This document shows positions 29,536-40,458 of a DNA stretch of 64,000 nt, in pieces; the stretch's first letter is position 1, and the number at the start of each line of letters is the position of its first letter. Where the stretch lies: assembly GCF_965641715.1 (NCBI RefSeq), contig NZ_OZ282453.1; one strand, 5' to 3'. The stretch is from Escherichia coli. Its GTDB lineage: Bacteria; Pseudomonadota; Gammaproteobacteria; Enterobacterales; Enterobacteriaceae. The notes beneath the pieces are model-generated. The model did no database searches and was not told the origin of the DNA. It worked only from the letters and a program-made list of their open reading frames with translations. A program made the translations under genes and the position numbers.

Positions 29536-30138
29536 ATGGGAAATTCTGACCGTAAGCCTGGTCTGATTAAGCGCCTGTGGAAATGGTGGCGTACCCCCAG
29601 CCGTCTGGCGCTGGGGACGCTGCTGTTGATCGGTTTTGTCGGCGGCATCGTCTTCTGGGGCGGCTTTAACACTGGGATGGAAAAAGCCAATACCGAAGAG
29701 TTCTGCATTAGCTGCCACGAAATGCGTAACACGGTGTATCAGGAATACATGGATTCCGTGCACTACAACAACCGTAGCGGTGTCCGTGCGACCTGTCCGG
29801 ATTGTCACGTTCCGCACGAGTTTGTGCCGAAGATGATACGCAAGCTCAAAGCAAGTAAAGAGCTGTATGGTAAAATTTTTGGCGTTATTGACACGCCGCA
29901 GAAATTTGAAGCTCATCGCCTGACGATGGCACAGAATGAGTGGCGGCGCATGAAGGACAATAACTCGCAGGAGTGCCGTAACTGTCACAACTTCGAGTAT
30001 ATGGATACAACCGCCCAGAAATCGGTTGCCGCGAAGATGCATGACCAGGCGGTGAAAGATGGGCAAACCTGTATTGATTGCCATAAAGGGATAGCGCACA
30101 AGCTCCCCGATATGCGTGAAGTCGAGCCAGGTTTTTAA
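29536..30138 (+). CDS. napC: Tetrahaem cytochrome c quinol dehydrogenase NapC
   Basis: 200-aa ORF; four CxxCH motifs (CISCH, CPDCH, CRNCH, CIDCH); N-terminal TM anchor. Confidence 0.95.
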   Translation: MGNSDRKPGLIKRLWKWWRTPSRLALGTLLLIGFVGGIVFWGGFNTGMEKANTEEFCISCHEMRNTVYQEYMDSVHYNNRSGVRATCPDCHVPHEFVPKMIRKLKASKELYGKIFGVIDTPQKFEAHRLTMAQNEWRRMKDNNSQECRNCHNFEYMDTTAQKSVAAKMHDQAVKDGQTCIDCHKGIAHKLPDMREVEPGF

Positions 30139-30150
30139 CAGGGTTATTGC

Positions 30151-30774
30151 TTGGGTATGCTTGAAGCCAGAGAGTTACTTTGTGAGCGGGATGAACGAAC
30201 CTTATTTAGTGGTTTATCATTTACGCTGAACGCAGGAGAGTGGGTACAAATCACCGGTAGCAACGGCGCGGGGAAGACAACGCTTCTCCGTTTGCTGACG
30301 GGGTTGTCTCGCCCTGACGCAGGCGAGGTTCTCTGGCAAGGGCAGCCCTTGCATCAGGTACGCGACAGCTACCATCAAAACCTGTTATGGATAGGCCATC
30401 AGCCGGGGATCAAAACCCGGCTGACGGCGTTAGAAAATCTGCACTTTTATCATCGCGATGGCGATACCGCACAATGTCTGGAAGCCCTGGCGCAGGCCGG
30501 GCTTGCCGGATTCGAAGATATTCCGGTAAATCAACTTTCTGCCGGGCAACAACGCCGCGTCGCTTTAGCGCGTCTGTGGCTGACCCGTGCAACGTTATGG
30601 ATCCTCGACGAGCCTTTTACCGCGATTGACGTCAACGGCGTCGATCGTCTGACCCAGCGTATGGCGCAGCATACGGAGCAGGGAGGGATTGTGATTCTGA
30701 CCACCCACCAGCCGCTCAACGTTGCTGAAAGTAAAATCCGCCGCATTTCTCTGACGCATACAAGGGGCGAATGA
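30151..30774 (+). CDS. ccmA: Haem exporter ATP-binding protein CcmA
   Basis: 207-aa ORF; Walker [13 protein letters not shown] signature LSAGQQRR, Walker B ILDEP. Confidence 0.94.
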   Translation: MGMLEARELLCERDERTLFSGLSFTLNAGEWVQITGSNGAGKTTLLRLLTGLSRPDAGEVLWQGQPLHQVRDSYHQNLLWIGHQPGIKTRLTALENLHFYHRDGDTAQCLEALAQAGLAGFEDIPVNQLSAGQQRRVALARLWLTRATLWILDEPFTAIDVNGVDRLTQRMAQHTEQGGIVILTTHQPLNVAESKIRRISLTHTRGE

Positions 30775-31433
30775 TGTTCTGGCGTATTTTCCGTCTTGAA
30801 CTGCGCATAGCGTTTCGCCATAGCGCCGAAATCGCCAACCCGCTGTGGTTCTTCCTGATTGTAATTACCCTTTTTCCGCTCAGTATCGGTCCGGAGCCGC
30901 AACTGCTGGCGCGTATTGCTCCGGGCATTATCTGGGTTGCTGCGCTGCTTTCATCCTTGCTGGCGCTGGAACGACTGTTCCGTGACGATTTGCAGGACGG
31001 CAGTCTTGAACAATTGATGTTGTTACCGTTACCCTTGCCCGCCGTTGTGCTGGCGAAGGTGATGGCGCACTGGATGGTAACCGGTCTGCCGTTACTCATC
31101 CTTTCGCCACTGGTAGCAATGCTACTGGGAATGGATGTTTATGGCTGGCAAGTGATGGCGTTAACGCTACTGCTGGGAACGCCTACGCTTGGCTTTCTCG
31201 GTGCACCGGGCGTGGCGCTGACAGTGGGACTTAAGCGCGGTGGTGTGCTGCTCAGCATACTGGTGTTACCGCTGACTATCCCATTACTCATCTTTGCCAC
31301 CGCCGCGATGGACGCGGCTTCCATGCATTTGCCCGTTGACGGGTATCTGGCAATTTTAGGCGCGTTGCTGGCAGGCACCGCGACATTAAGTCCTTTTGCG
31401 ACGGCGGCAGCGTTACGAATCAGCATTCAATAA
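30771..31433 (+). CDS. ccmB: Haem exporter membrane protein CcmB
   Basis: 220-aa polytopic membrane ORF; 4-nt overlap with ccmA. Confidence 0.94.
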   Translation: MMFWRIFRLELRIAFRHSAEIANPLWFFLIVITLFPLSIGPEPQLLARIAPGIIWVAALLSSLLALERLFRDDLQDGSLEQLMLLPLPLPAVVLAKVMAHWMVTGLPLLILSPLVAMLLGMDVYGWQVMALTLLLGTPTLGFLGAPGVALTVGLKRGGVLLSILVLPLTIPLLIFATAAMDAASMHLPVDGYLAILGALLAGTATLSPFATAAALRISIQ

Positions 31434-31474
31434 CGCTGGATTACTGATTTTTGTTCGAGTCTGGTATCGAAACT

Positions 31475-32212
31475 ATGTGGAAAACACTGCATCAACTGGC
31501 GATCCCACCACGGCTGTATCAAATCTGTGGCTGGTTTATACCGTGGCTGGCAATTGCCAGTGTGGTCGTGCTTACCGTCGGCTGGATCTGGGGATTCGGC
31601 TTTGCTCCGGCTGATTATCAGCAGGGAAATAGCTACCGCATTATCTACCTGCATGTGCCTGCGGCGATCTGGTCGATGGGCATTTATGCATCAATGGCAG
31701 TGGCAGCGTTTATTGGCCTTGTCTGGCAGATGAAAATGGCCAACCTGGCGGTGGCGGCGATGGCCCCCATTGGTGCCGTGTTTACCTTTATTGCCCTGGT
31801 TACCGGCTCTGCATGGGGAAAACCGATGTGGGGCACCTGGTGGGTATGGGATGCACGTCTGACTTCTGAACTGGTGCTGCTGTTTTTGTATGTGGGTGTG
31901 ATTGCCCTGTGGCACGCCTTCGACGACCGCCGTCTGGCGGGCCGTGCGGCAGGTATCCTGGTGCTGATTGGCGTGGTGAATCTGCCGATTATTCATTACT
32001 CCGTGGAGTGGTGGAACACCCTGCATCAGGGATCAACGCGAATGCAGCAAAGTATCGATCCGGCGATGCGTTCGCCGCTGCGCTGGTCGATTTTTGGCTT
32101 CCTGCTGCTGTCTGCCACGCTGACGCTGATGCGGATGCGTAATTTGATTTTGCTGATGGAAAAACGCCGTCCGTGGGTGAGTGAACTGATACTGAAAAGA
32201 GGCCGTAAATGA
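31475..32212 (+). CDS. ccmC: Haem exporter / haem lyase protein CcmC
   Basis: ORF 31451-32212 trimmed to ATG 31475 (MWKTLHQL..., 245 aa); WGxxWxWD tryptophan-rich motif (WGTWWVWDARL). Confidence 0.93.
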   Translation: MWKTLHQLAIPPRLYQICGWFIPWLAIASVVVLTVGWIWGFGFAPADYQQGNSYRIIYLHVPAAIWSMGIYASMAVAAFIGLVWQMKMANLAVAAMAPIGAVFTFIALVTGSAWGKPMWGTWWVWDARLTSELVLLFLYVGVIALWHAFDDRRLAGRAAGILVLIGVVNLPIIHYSVEWWNTLHQGSTRMQQSIDPAMRSPLRWSIFGFLLLSATLTLMRMRNLILLMEKRRPWVSELILKRGRK

Positions 32213-32418
32213 CCCCTGCATTTGCTTCCTGGAATGAATTTTTCGCAATGGGCGGTTACGCCTTTTTTGTCTGGCTGGCGGTGGTGATGACCGTGATTCC
32301 GCTGGTGGTTTTAGTCGTGCACTCGGTGATGCAGCATCGCGCAATTCTGCGTGGCGTGGCGCAACAGCGGGCGCGTGAGGCGCGTTTACGTGCTTCGCAA
32401 CAGCAGGAGGCTGCATGA
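32209..32418 (+). CDS. ccmD: Haem exporter protein CcmD
   Basis: 69-aa single-TM ORF; ATGA overlaps with ccmC and ccmE. Confidence 0.92.
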
Positions 32419-32894
32419 ATATTCGCCGTAAAAACCGCTTGTGGATTGCCTGTGCTGTGTTGGCAGGTTTGGCGCTGACTATCGGTCTGGTGCTATATGC
32501 GCTGCGCTCGAATATCGATCTCTTTTATACGCCGGGGGAGATTCTCTACGGCAAGCGTGAAACTCAGCAGATGCCGGAAGTTGGGCAGCGTCTGCGCGTT
32601 GGCGGGATGGTGATGCCGGGTAGCGTGCAGCGCGATCCCAATTCGCTGAAAGTGACCTTCACCATTTACGACGCTGAAGGCTCAGTGGATGTCTCTTACG
32701 AAGGCATTTTGCCGGATCTGTTCCGTGAAGGGCAGGGCGTTGTGGTGCAGGGCGAGCTGGAAAAAGGCAATCATATCCTCGCGAAAGAAGTGCTGGCGAA
32801 ACACGATGAAAACTACACACCGCCAGAAGTTGAGAAAGCGATGGAAGCTAACCACCGTCGCCCGGCGAGTGTTTATAAGGACCCAGCATCATGA
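32415..32894 (+). CDS. ccmE: Cytochrome c-type biogenesis haem chaperone CcmE
   Basis: 159-aa [22 protein letters not shown]...; haem-binding His in the [10 protein letters not shown] segment. Confidence 0.94.
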
Positions 32895-34834
32895 TGCCGG
32901 AAATTGGTAACGGGCTGCTGTGCCTGGCGCTGGGAATTGCGCTGCTGCTGTCCGTGTATCCGCTATGGGGCGTGGCGCGCGGAGATGCGCGCATGATGGC
33001 GTCTTCCCGCTTGTTTGCCTGGCTGCTGTTTATGTCTGTGGCTGGCGCATTTCTGGTGCTGGTCAATGCTTTCGTGGTCAACGACTTTACCGTCACCTAT
33101 GTTGCCAGCAACTCCAATACCCAGCTTCCGGTGTGGTATCGCGTGGCGGCTACCTGGGGCGCGCATGAAGGCTCGCTACTGCTGTGGGTGCTGCTGATGA
33201 GCGGCTGGACCTTTGCGGTGGCGATTTTTAGTCAGCGTATTCCGCTGGATATTGTGGCCCGCGTACTGGCGATAATGGGGATGGTCAGCGTCGGCTTTTT
33301 GCTGTTCATTCTCTTTACCTCTAACCCATTCTCACGCACGCTGCCGAACTTCCCGATTGAAGGGCGCGATCTTAACCCGCTGTTACAGGATCCGGGGCTG
33401 ATCTTCCATCCGCCTCTGCTTTATATGGGGTACGTGGGTTTCTCGGTGGCGTTTGCTTTTGCCATTGCTTCTTTGCTGAGCGGGCGTTTGGACAGCACTT
33501 ATGCGCGTTTTACTCGCCCGTGGACGCTGGCGGCGTGGATTTTCCTGACGCTCGGCATTGTGCTCGGTTCCGCATGGGCCTATTACGAACTCGGCTGGGG
33601 TGGCTGGTGGTTCTGGGATCCGGTAGAAAACGCCTCGTTTATGCCGTGGCTGGTGGGGACTGCGCTGATGCACTCACTTGCGGTCACTGAACAACGCGCC
33701 AGCTTCAAAGCGTGGACATTACTGCTGGCAATCAGTGCCTTCTCGTTGTGTCTGTTGGGGACTTTCCTCGTGCGTTCCGGCGTGCTGGTATCGGTACACG
33801 CGTTTGCGTCTGATCCGGCGCGCGGTATGTTTATCCTCGCCTTTATGGTGCTGGTGATTGGCGGTTCGCTGCTGCTGTTTGCCGCGCGTGGACACAAAGT
33901 TCGCTCACGCGTAAACAATGCGCTGTGGTCGCGGGAATCTTTGCTGTTAGCGAACAACGTTTTGCTGGTCGCCGCGATGCTGGTGGTGTTGCTGGGGACG
34001 CTGCTGCCGCTGGTGCACAAGCAACTGGGACTGGGCAGTATTTCGATTGGCGAACCGTTCTTCAACACCATGTTTACCTGGCTGATGGTGCCGTTTGCGC
34101 TACTGCTGGGTGTCGGTCCTCTGGTGCGCTGGGGGCGCGATCGCCCACGTAAAATCCGCAATTTATTGATTATCGCCTTCATCTCTACGCTGGTGCTGTC
34201 TCTGCTGTTGCCGTGGCTCTTCGAAAGCAAAGTTGTGGCGATGACGGTGCTCGGCCTGGCAATGGCCTGCTGGATTGCGGTGCTGGCAATTGCGGAAGCT
34301 GCGCTACGTATTTCACGCGGCACGAAAACCACCTTCAGTTATTGGGGGATGGTGGCGGCTCACCTGGGGCTGGCAGTGACAATTGTTGGCATTGCCTTTA
34401 GCCAGAACTATAGCGTTGAGCGTGATGTGCGCATGAAGTCCGGCGATAGCGTCGATATTCATGAATATCGCTTCACCTTCCGTGATGTCAAAGAGGTGAC
34501 TGGCCCGAACTGGCGTGGCGGTGTGGCGACTATCGGCGTAACGCGAGATGGCAAGCCGGAAACGGTGCTGTATGCGGAAAAACGTTATTACAACACTGCC
34601 GGGTCGATGATGACCGAAGCGGCAATTGACGGCGGCATCACGCGTGACCTGTACGCCGCGCTCGGTGAAGAACTGGAAAACGGTGCCTGGGCTGTTCGTC
34701 TCTACTACAAACCTTTTGTTCGCTGGATCTGGGCGGGCGGGCTGATGATGGCGCTGGGCGGGCTGCTGTGCCTGTTTGATCCTCGCTATCGTAAGCGCGT
34801 GAACCCGCAGAAAACTGCGCCGGAGGCTGTATGA
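32891..34834 (+). CDS. ccmF: Cytochrome c haem lyase subunit CcmF
   Basis: 647-aa polytopic membrane ORF with tryptophan-rich [12 protein letters not shown] motif. Confidence 0.95.
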
Positions 34835-35388
34835 AGCGCAAAGTATTGTTAATTCCGTTGATTATCTTCCTGGCGATTGCCGCGGCGCTGCTGTGGCAGC
34901 TGGCGCGTAATGCCGAAGGGGATGATCCGACCAATCTGGAATCGGCGCTCATTGGCAAGCCTGTGCCGAAGTTTCGTCTCGAATCACTGGACAATCCGGG
35001 GCAGTTTTATCAGGCGGATGTGCTGACTCAGGGCAAACCAGTGCTGCTTAACGTCTGGGCGACCTGGTGTCCGACCTGCCGTGCGGAACATCAATATCTG
35101 AATCAGCTTTCAGCGCAGGGCATTCGCGTGGTCGGCATGAACTATAAAGACGATCGCCAGAAGGCAATCAGCTGGCTGAAAGAGCTGGGCAATCCTTACG
35201 CGCTAAGCCTGTTTGATGGCGACGGCATGTTAGGGCTGGATCTCGGTGTCTATGGCGCGCCAGAAACGTTTCTTATTGACGGCAACGGCATCATTCGCTA
35301 TCGCCATGCGGGCGATCTGAATCCTCGCGTCTGGGAAGAAGAGATCAAGCCGCTGTGGGAGAAATACAGTAAGGAGGCCGCACAATGA
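34831..35388 (+). CDS. ccmG: Thiol:disulfide interchange protein CcmG/DsbE
   Basis: 185-aa ORF; thioredoxin-like WCPTC active site; N-terminal membrane anchor. Confidence 0.95.
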   Translation: MKRKVLLIPLIIFLAIAAALLWQLARNAEGDDPTNLESALIGKPVPKFRLESLDNPGQFYQADVLTQGKPVLLNVWATWCPTCRAEHQYLNQLSAQGIRVVGMNYKDDRQKAISWLKELGNPYALSLFDGDGMLGLDLGVYGAPETFLIDGNGIIRYRHAGDLNPRVWEEEIKPLWEKYSKEAAQ

Positions 35389-36437
35389 GGTTTTTATTGG
35401 GCGTGCTGATGCTGATGATCTCCGGCTCAGCGCTGGCGACCATCGATGTGTTGCAGTTTAAAGATGAAGCACAGGAACAACAGTTCCGTCAGCTCACTGA
35501 AGAACTGCGTTGCCCGAAATGCCAGAACAACAGCATTGCCGATTCCAACTCGATGATTGCCACCGACCTGCGCCAGAAAGTGTATGAACTGATGCAGGAA
35601 GGTAAAAGTAAGAAAGAGATTGTTGATTATATGGTGGCGCGTTACGGCAACTTCGTCACTTACGATCCGCCGTTAACGCCGCTGACCGTGCTGCTGTGGG
35701 TGCTGCCAGTAGTGGCTATTGGCATTGGCGGTTGGGTCATTTACGCCCGCTCGCGGCGTCGGGTACGCGTGGTGCTGGAAGCGTTTCCTGAACAAAGCGT
35801 GCCGGAAGGTAAGCGTGCCGGATATGTTGTTTATCTGCCGGGTATTGTGGTGGCGTTAATTGTGGCTGGCGTCAGCTACTACCAGACTGGCAATTATCAG
35901 CAGGTGAAAATCTGGCAGCAGGCCACGGCACAGGCTCCGGCGTTGCTGGACAGGGCGCTGGATCCGAAAGCCGATCCGCTCAACGAAGAAGAGATGTCGC
36001 GCCTTGCGCTGGGGATGCGTACTCAACTGCAAAAAAATCCGGGAGATATAGAAGGTTGGATTATGTTGGGTCGCGTTGGCATGGCGCTGGGTAACGCCAG
36101 TATCGCCACCGATGCATACGCTACTGCGTATCGCCTCGATCCGAAAAACAGCGATGCCGCACTGGGTTATGCTGAAGCGTTGACACGTTCATCTGATCCC
36201 AACGACAACCGCCTCGGCGGCGAACTGCTGCGCCAGTTGGTGAGAACGGACCATAGCAATATTCGTGTGTTAAGCATGTATGCGTTTAATGCCTTTGAGC
36301 AGCAGCGATTTGGCGAAGCCGTTGCCGCGTGGGAGATGATGTTGAAACTCTTACCTGCCAACGATACTCGCCGTGCGGTGATTGAACGTAGTATCGCGCA
36401 GGCGATGCAACATTTGTCGCCGCAGGAGAGTAAATAA
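35385..36437 (+). CDS. ccmH: Cytochrome c haem lyase subunit CcmH
   Basis: 350-aa ORF; LRCPKC motif; C-terminal TPR-like domain. Confidence 0.94.
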   Translation: MRFLLGVLMLMISGSALATIDVLQFKDEAQEQQFRQLTEELRCPKCQNNSIADSNSMIATDLRQKVYELMQEGKSKKEIVDYMVARYGNFVTYDPPLTPLTVLLWVLPVVAIGIGGWVIYARSRRRVRVVLEAFPEQSVPEGKRAGYVVYLPGIVVALIVAGVSYYQTGNYQQVKIWQQATAQAPALLDRALDPKADPLNEEEMSRLALGMRTQLQKNPGDIEGWIMLGRVGMALGNASIATDAYATAYRLDPKNSDAALGYAEALTRSSDPNDNRLGGELLRQLVRTDHSNIRVLSMYAFNAFEQQRFGEAVAAWEMMLKLLPANDTRRAVIERSIAQAMQHLSPQESK

Positions 36438-36496
36438 AAAGTGGCCCGATGGTGATTCCATCAGGCCAGACTGATGACAAAGTGCGCTTAGTTTAT

Positions 36497-36595
36497 GCCG
36501 GATGCGGCGTGAACGCCTTATCCGGCCTACACAATCGTGTGAATTCAATAAATTGATCGATCCGCGTAGGCCTGATAAGCGTAGCGCATCAGGCA
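36497..36595. repeat. BIME (pair of inverted REP elements)
   Basis: GCCGGATGCGGCGTGAACGCCTTATCCGGCCTAC (36497-36530) and inverted partner GTAGGCCTGATAAGCGTAGCGCATCAGGC (36566-36594). Confidence 0.8.
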
Positions 36596-36617
36596 GTTTT
36601 GCGTTTGTCATAAATCT

Positions 36618-36652
36618 CAGCCCGATGATAAATCCATCGGGCTATTTTTATT
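36618..36652 (+). terminator. Intrinsic terminator at the end of the nap-ccm operon; overlaps the narP stop
   Basis: AGCCCGATG...CATCGGGCT hairpin followed by ATTTTTATT. Confidence 0.6.
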
Positions 36653-37295
36653 GTGCCCCGCGTTGTTGCAGGAACAGAATGGTGGCTGCCACGCGTGAGC
36701 GGACATTGAGTTTGCGCAGCAGATTGCGAATATGTACTTTTACTGTCTGCTCTGAAATATTCAACACCGAGGCAATCTGTTTATTTGACAGCCCCTGTGC
36801 CAGCTCGTGCAGAACATCCAGCTCGCGCTCCGTCAGCACGCTGAAGGGATCTTCTTCCGCGCCAAACATTTCACGTTCATGTAAGTACTGATTGACGCGT
36901 TCGCTAAAGACTTTGCTGCCTTTCGCTCCGGCACGAATCGCTTCCAGCAACACTTCCGGGTCGCTGTCTTTCAACAGATAACCGTCTGCGCCTGCGTCTA
37001 TCAGTGCAAAGACATCGCTGGAGGCATCTGATACGGTCAAGATAATAATTTGCGCGGTAACGCCATCCCTGCGCAAGGCATTGAGGGTATCCAGGCCACT
37101 CATACCTTTCATATTCAGATCCAGCAAGATCACGTCGATATCCAGTCTATTCGCCAGATCGATCGCGCTCGCGCCGTCGCCCGCTTCGGCGACCACTTCA
37201 AAGCCAGGATCAAGCTCCAGTAACTGACGAACACCGCGTCGCATAAGTGGATGATCATCCACAATCATCACCTGAAAAGGCGTTGCTTCAGGCAT
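36648..37295 (-). CDS. narP: Nitrate/nitrite response regulator NarP
   Basis: ORF 36648-37325 trimmed to ATG 37295 (MPEATPFQVMIVDDHPLMRRG..., 215 aa); receiver plus LuxR-type HTH. Confidence 0.93.
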   Translation of the reverse strand: MPEATPFQVMIVDDHPLMRRGVRQLLELDPGFEVVAEAGDGASAIDLANRLDIDVILLDLNMKGMSGLDTLNALRRDGVTAQIIILTVSDASSDVFALIDAGADGYLLKDSDPEVLLEAIRAGAKGSKVFSERVNQYLHEREMFGAEEDPFSVLTERELDVLHELAQGLSNKQIASVLNISEQTVKVHIRNLLRKLNVRSRVAATILFLQQRGAQ

Positions 37296-37614
37296 AGTAG
37301 TCTCCTGAGGTTTTATTAGAATCATTATGTTTGAGCGTAGCGTTGGTAACGCTACCAGGCGCGTGAATGTTACCCCATTTTATGTATGGACATGTAGTGA
37401 AAACTACAACCTTGCCGTTCGCTTTGGCATCATTTTCATTATAAAGACGGAATTTTGCATCAGCTTCTCATCAAGAAAAACAACTAAAAAATCAATCACA
37501 ATACTTGTGCATTTCTTTAAACAGTTTTTAAAAACTGATTCCGGGTATGGAGCTATGGGTATTTTCTGTACCCAATGCTTTTAACAGCAATTAATTTCAT
37601 AGGATGAAAGCTCA

Positions 37615-40206
37615 ATGCATCAATCTGGTTCTGTTTCTCTTTGTCGTTCCGCAATATCTGTTCTGGTGGCTACAGCGTTATATTCACCCATAGCATTGGC
37701 ATCAACAGTTGAGTATGGTGAGACAGTTGATGGTGTTGTCCTGGAAAAAGATATCCAGCTGGTTTATGGGACCGCCAATAATACGAAAATCAATCCTGGC
37801 GGAGAACAGCATATTAAAGAATTTGGTATAAGTAGTAATACTGAAATTAACGGCGGGTATCAGTACATTGAAATGAATGGCACCGCAGAATACTCCGTAT
37901 TAAATGATGGTTATCAAATTGTTCAAATGGGTGGCGCGGCAAACCAGACTACCCTCAATAATGGTGTGCTACAGGTTTATGGCGCAGCGAATGATCCCAC
38001 GATTAAAGGCGGGCGCTTAATCGTTGAAAAAGATGGGATTACCGTCCTTGCCGCTATCGAAAAGGGAGGATTACTGGAGGTTAAAGAGGGGGGATTAGCG
38101 ATTGCGGTAGATCAGAAAGCAGGCGGTGCTATTAAAGCAACCACGCGGGTCATGGAGGTATTCGGAACAAACCGTCTCGGTCAGTTCGATATCAAGAATG
38201 GAATTGCAAACAATATGCTGTTGGAAAACGGCGGAAGTTTGCGAGTTGAAGAAAATGACTTCGCTTATAATACTACTGTAGATAGTGGCGGCTTACTGGA
38301 GGTTATGGATGGCGGGACTGCAACTGGCGTTGATAAAAAAGCAGGCGGAAAATTAATTGTCTCAACGAATGCGCTGGAAGTGAGTGGTACAAACAGTAAA
38401 GGCCAATTTAGTATAAAAGATGGTGTGTCAAAAAATTATGAACTGGATGATGGTTCCGGGCTTATTGTTATGGAGGACACGCAGGCCATTGACACTATCC
38501 TCGATGAGCATGCCACTATGCAATCGCTGGGAAAGGATACTGGTACGAGAGTGCAGGCAAATGCGGTATATGATCTCGGTCGATCAGATCAGAATGGAAG
38601 TATAACGTATTCCTCTAAAGCCATCTCTGAAAATATGGTTATCAACAATGGCCGCGCTAACGTCTGGGCTGGCACAATGGTTAACGTTTCAGTCAGAGGG
38701 AATGATGGCATTCTTGAGGTCATGAAGCCGCAAATAAATTATGCACCCGCAATGTTGGTGGGTAAGGTAGTGGTTTCTGAGGGCGCTTCTTTTAGAACGC
38801 ATGGTGCCGTGGATACCAGCAAAGCGGACGTTTCGCTCGAAAATAGCGTATGGACCATCATTGCCGATATCACTACGACGAACCAAAACACCCTCCTCAA
38901 CTTAGCCAACCTTGCGATGTCTGACGCAAATGTGATTATGATGGATGAGCCAGTGACTCGTTCATCTGTGACGGCAAGTGCGGAAAATTTCATTACGTTG
39001 ACCACCAATACCCTGTCGGGAAACGGCAATTTTTATATGCGTACCGATATGGCTAATCATCAGAGCGATCAGCTCAACGTCACCGGTCAGGCAACAGGTG
39101 ATTTCAAAATATTCGTGACGGACACCGGTGCCAGCCCGGCAGCAGGAGATAGCCTTACACTGGTAACAACGGGCGGCGGTGATGCTGCATTTACGTTGGG
39201 CAATGCCGGAGGCGTTGTTGATATCGGTACGTATGAATATACCTTGCTGGATAATGGTAACCATAGCTGGAGTCTGGCAGAGAATCGCGCGCAAATTACC
39301 CCTTCAACCACTGATGTGCTAAATATGGCGGCAGCACAACCGCTGGTATTTGATGCAGAACTGGACACCGTGCGTGAGCGTCTTGGTAGCGTAAAAGGCG
39401 TTAGTTACGATACGGCGATGTGGAGTTCGGCAATTAACACCCGCAACAACGTGACCACTGATGCGGGAGCTGGTTTTGAGCAAACATTGACGGGCCTGAC
39501 GCTCGGTATCGATAGCCGTTTCTCCCGTGAAGAAAGCAGTACAATTCGCGGCTTGTTCTTTGGTTACTCTCATTCTGATATTGGTTTTGATCGCGGCGGA
39601 AAAGGTAATATCGATAGCTATACCCTGGGGGCTTATGCCGGTTGGGAGCATCAGAACGGTGCCTATGTTGATGGGGTGGTGAAAGTTGACCGTTTTGCCA
39701 ACACCATCCATGGCAAGATGAGTAATGGGGCAACAGCGTTTGGCGATTACAATAGTAACGGCGCGGGTGCTCATGTTGAGAGCGGGTTCCGTTGGGTTGA
39801 CGGATTGTGGAGTGTTAGACCCTATCTGGCCTTTACCGGCTTTACCACAGATGGTCAGGACTACACGTTATCAAACGGCATGCGCGCGGACGTGGGAAAT
39901 ACCCGGATATTACGCGCTGAAGCGGGAACGGCGGTAAGCTATCACATGGACCTGCAAAACGGTACGACGCTGGAACCCTGGCTGAAAGCCGCCGTGCGTC
40001 AGGAATACGCCGATTCTAACCAGGTGAAAGTTAATGACGATGGCAAATTTAATAATGATGTGGCTGGAACCAGTGGCGTTTATCAGGCTGGGATAAGGTC
40101 ATCGTTTACCCCGACGTTAAGCGGTCATTTGTCAGTCAGCTATGGCAATGGCGCAGGGGTAGAATCGCAGTGGAATACTCAGGCGGGTGTGGTCTGGACG
40201 TTCTGA
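37615..40206 (+). CDS. yejO: Autotransporter adhesin-like protein YejO, uninterrupted
   Basis: 863-aa ORF; signal peptide (SVLVATALYSPIALA/STVE); repetitive Gly/Asn-rich passenger region; C-terminal beta-barrel translocator ending ...QAGVVWTF (terminal aromatic). Confidence 0.85.
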   Translation: MHQSGSVSLCRSAISVLVATALYSPIALASTVEYGETVDGVVLEKDIQLVYGTANNTKINPGGEQHIKEFGISSNTEINGGYQYIEMNGTAEYSVLNDGYQIVQMGGAANQTTLNNGVLQVYGAANDPTIKGGRLIVEKDGITVLAAIEKGGLLEVKEGGLAIAVDQKAGGAIKATTRVMEVFGTNRLGQFDIKNGIANNMLLENGGSLRVEENDFAYNTTVDSGGLLEVMDGGTATGVDKKAGGKLIVSTNALEVSGTNSKGQFSIKDGVSKNYELDDGSGLIVMEDTQAIDTILDEHATMQSLGKDTGTRVQANAVYDLGRSDQNGSITYSSKAISENMVINNGRANVWAGTMVNVSVRGNDGILEVMKPQINYAPAMLVGKVVVSEGASFRTHGAVDTSKADVSLENSVWTIIADITTTNQNTLLNLANLAMSDANVIMMDEPVTRSSVTASAENFITLTTNTLSGNGNFYMRTDMANHQSDQLNVTGQATGDFKIFVTDTGASPAAGDSLTLVTTGGGDAAFTLGNAGGVVDIGTYEYTLLDNGNHSWSLAENRAQITPSTTDVLNMAAAQPLVFDAELDTVRERLGSVKGVSYDTAMWSSAINTRNNVTTDAGAGFEQTLTGLTLGIDSRFSREESSTIRGLFFGYSHSDIGFDRGGKGNIDSYTLGAYAGWEHQNGAYVDGVVKVDRFANTIHGKMSNGATAFGDYNSNGAGAHVESGFRWVDGLWSVRPYLAFTGFTTDGQDYTLSNGMRADVGNTRILRAEAGTAVSYHMDLQNGTTLEPWLKAAVRQEYADSNQVKVNDDGKFNNDVAGTSGVYQAGIRSSFTPTLSGHLSVSYGNGAGVESQWNTQAGVVWTF

Positions 40207-40267
40207 TAACAGAAAATAAACAGGCTGTGATGTGTCACGGTCTGTTTATCGAATTAATTGCAGATAT

Positions 40268-40300
40268 AAAAAAACCAACCGTAAGGGTTGGTTTTTTTTG
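40268..40300. terminator. Bidirectional intrinsic terminator (yejO on plus, proL on minus)
   Basis: AAAAAAACCAACCGTAAGGGTTGGTTTTTTTT: hairpin flanked by an A-run and a T-run. Confidence 0.85.
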
Positions 40301-40307
40301 GGATTTT

Positions 40308-40384
40308 TGGTCGGCACGAGAGGATTTGAACCTCCGACCCCCGACACCCCATGACGGTGCGCTACCAGGCTGCGCTACGTGCCG
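40308..40384 (-). tRNA. proL: tRNA-Pro (anticodon GGG)
   Basis: Minus strand reads CGGCACGTAGCGCAGCCTGGTAGCGCACCGTCATGGGGTGTCGGGGGTCGGAGGTTCAAATCCTCTCGTGCCGACCA: cloverleaf with GGG anticodon and encoded CCA end. Confidence 0.95.
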
Positions 40385-40458
40385 ACTCGTGGCTGTTAAT
40401 ACTACCGTTTTCCACACCGATTGCAAGTAAGATATTTCGCTAACTGATTTATAATTAA

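Noticed and set aside
33583-34332. 249-codon minus-strand ORF antisense to ccmF
   Set aside because: Shadow ORF within ccmF; no independent support.
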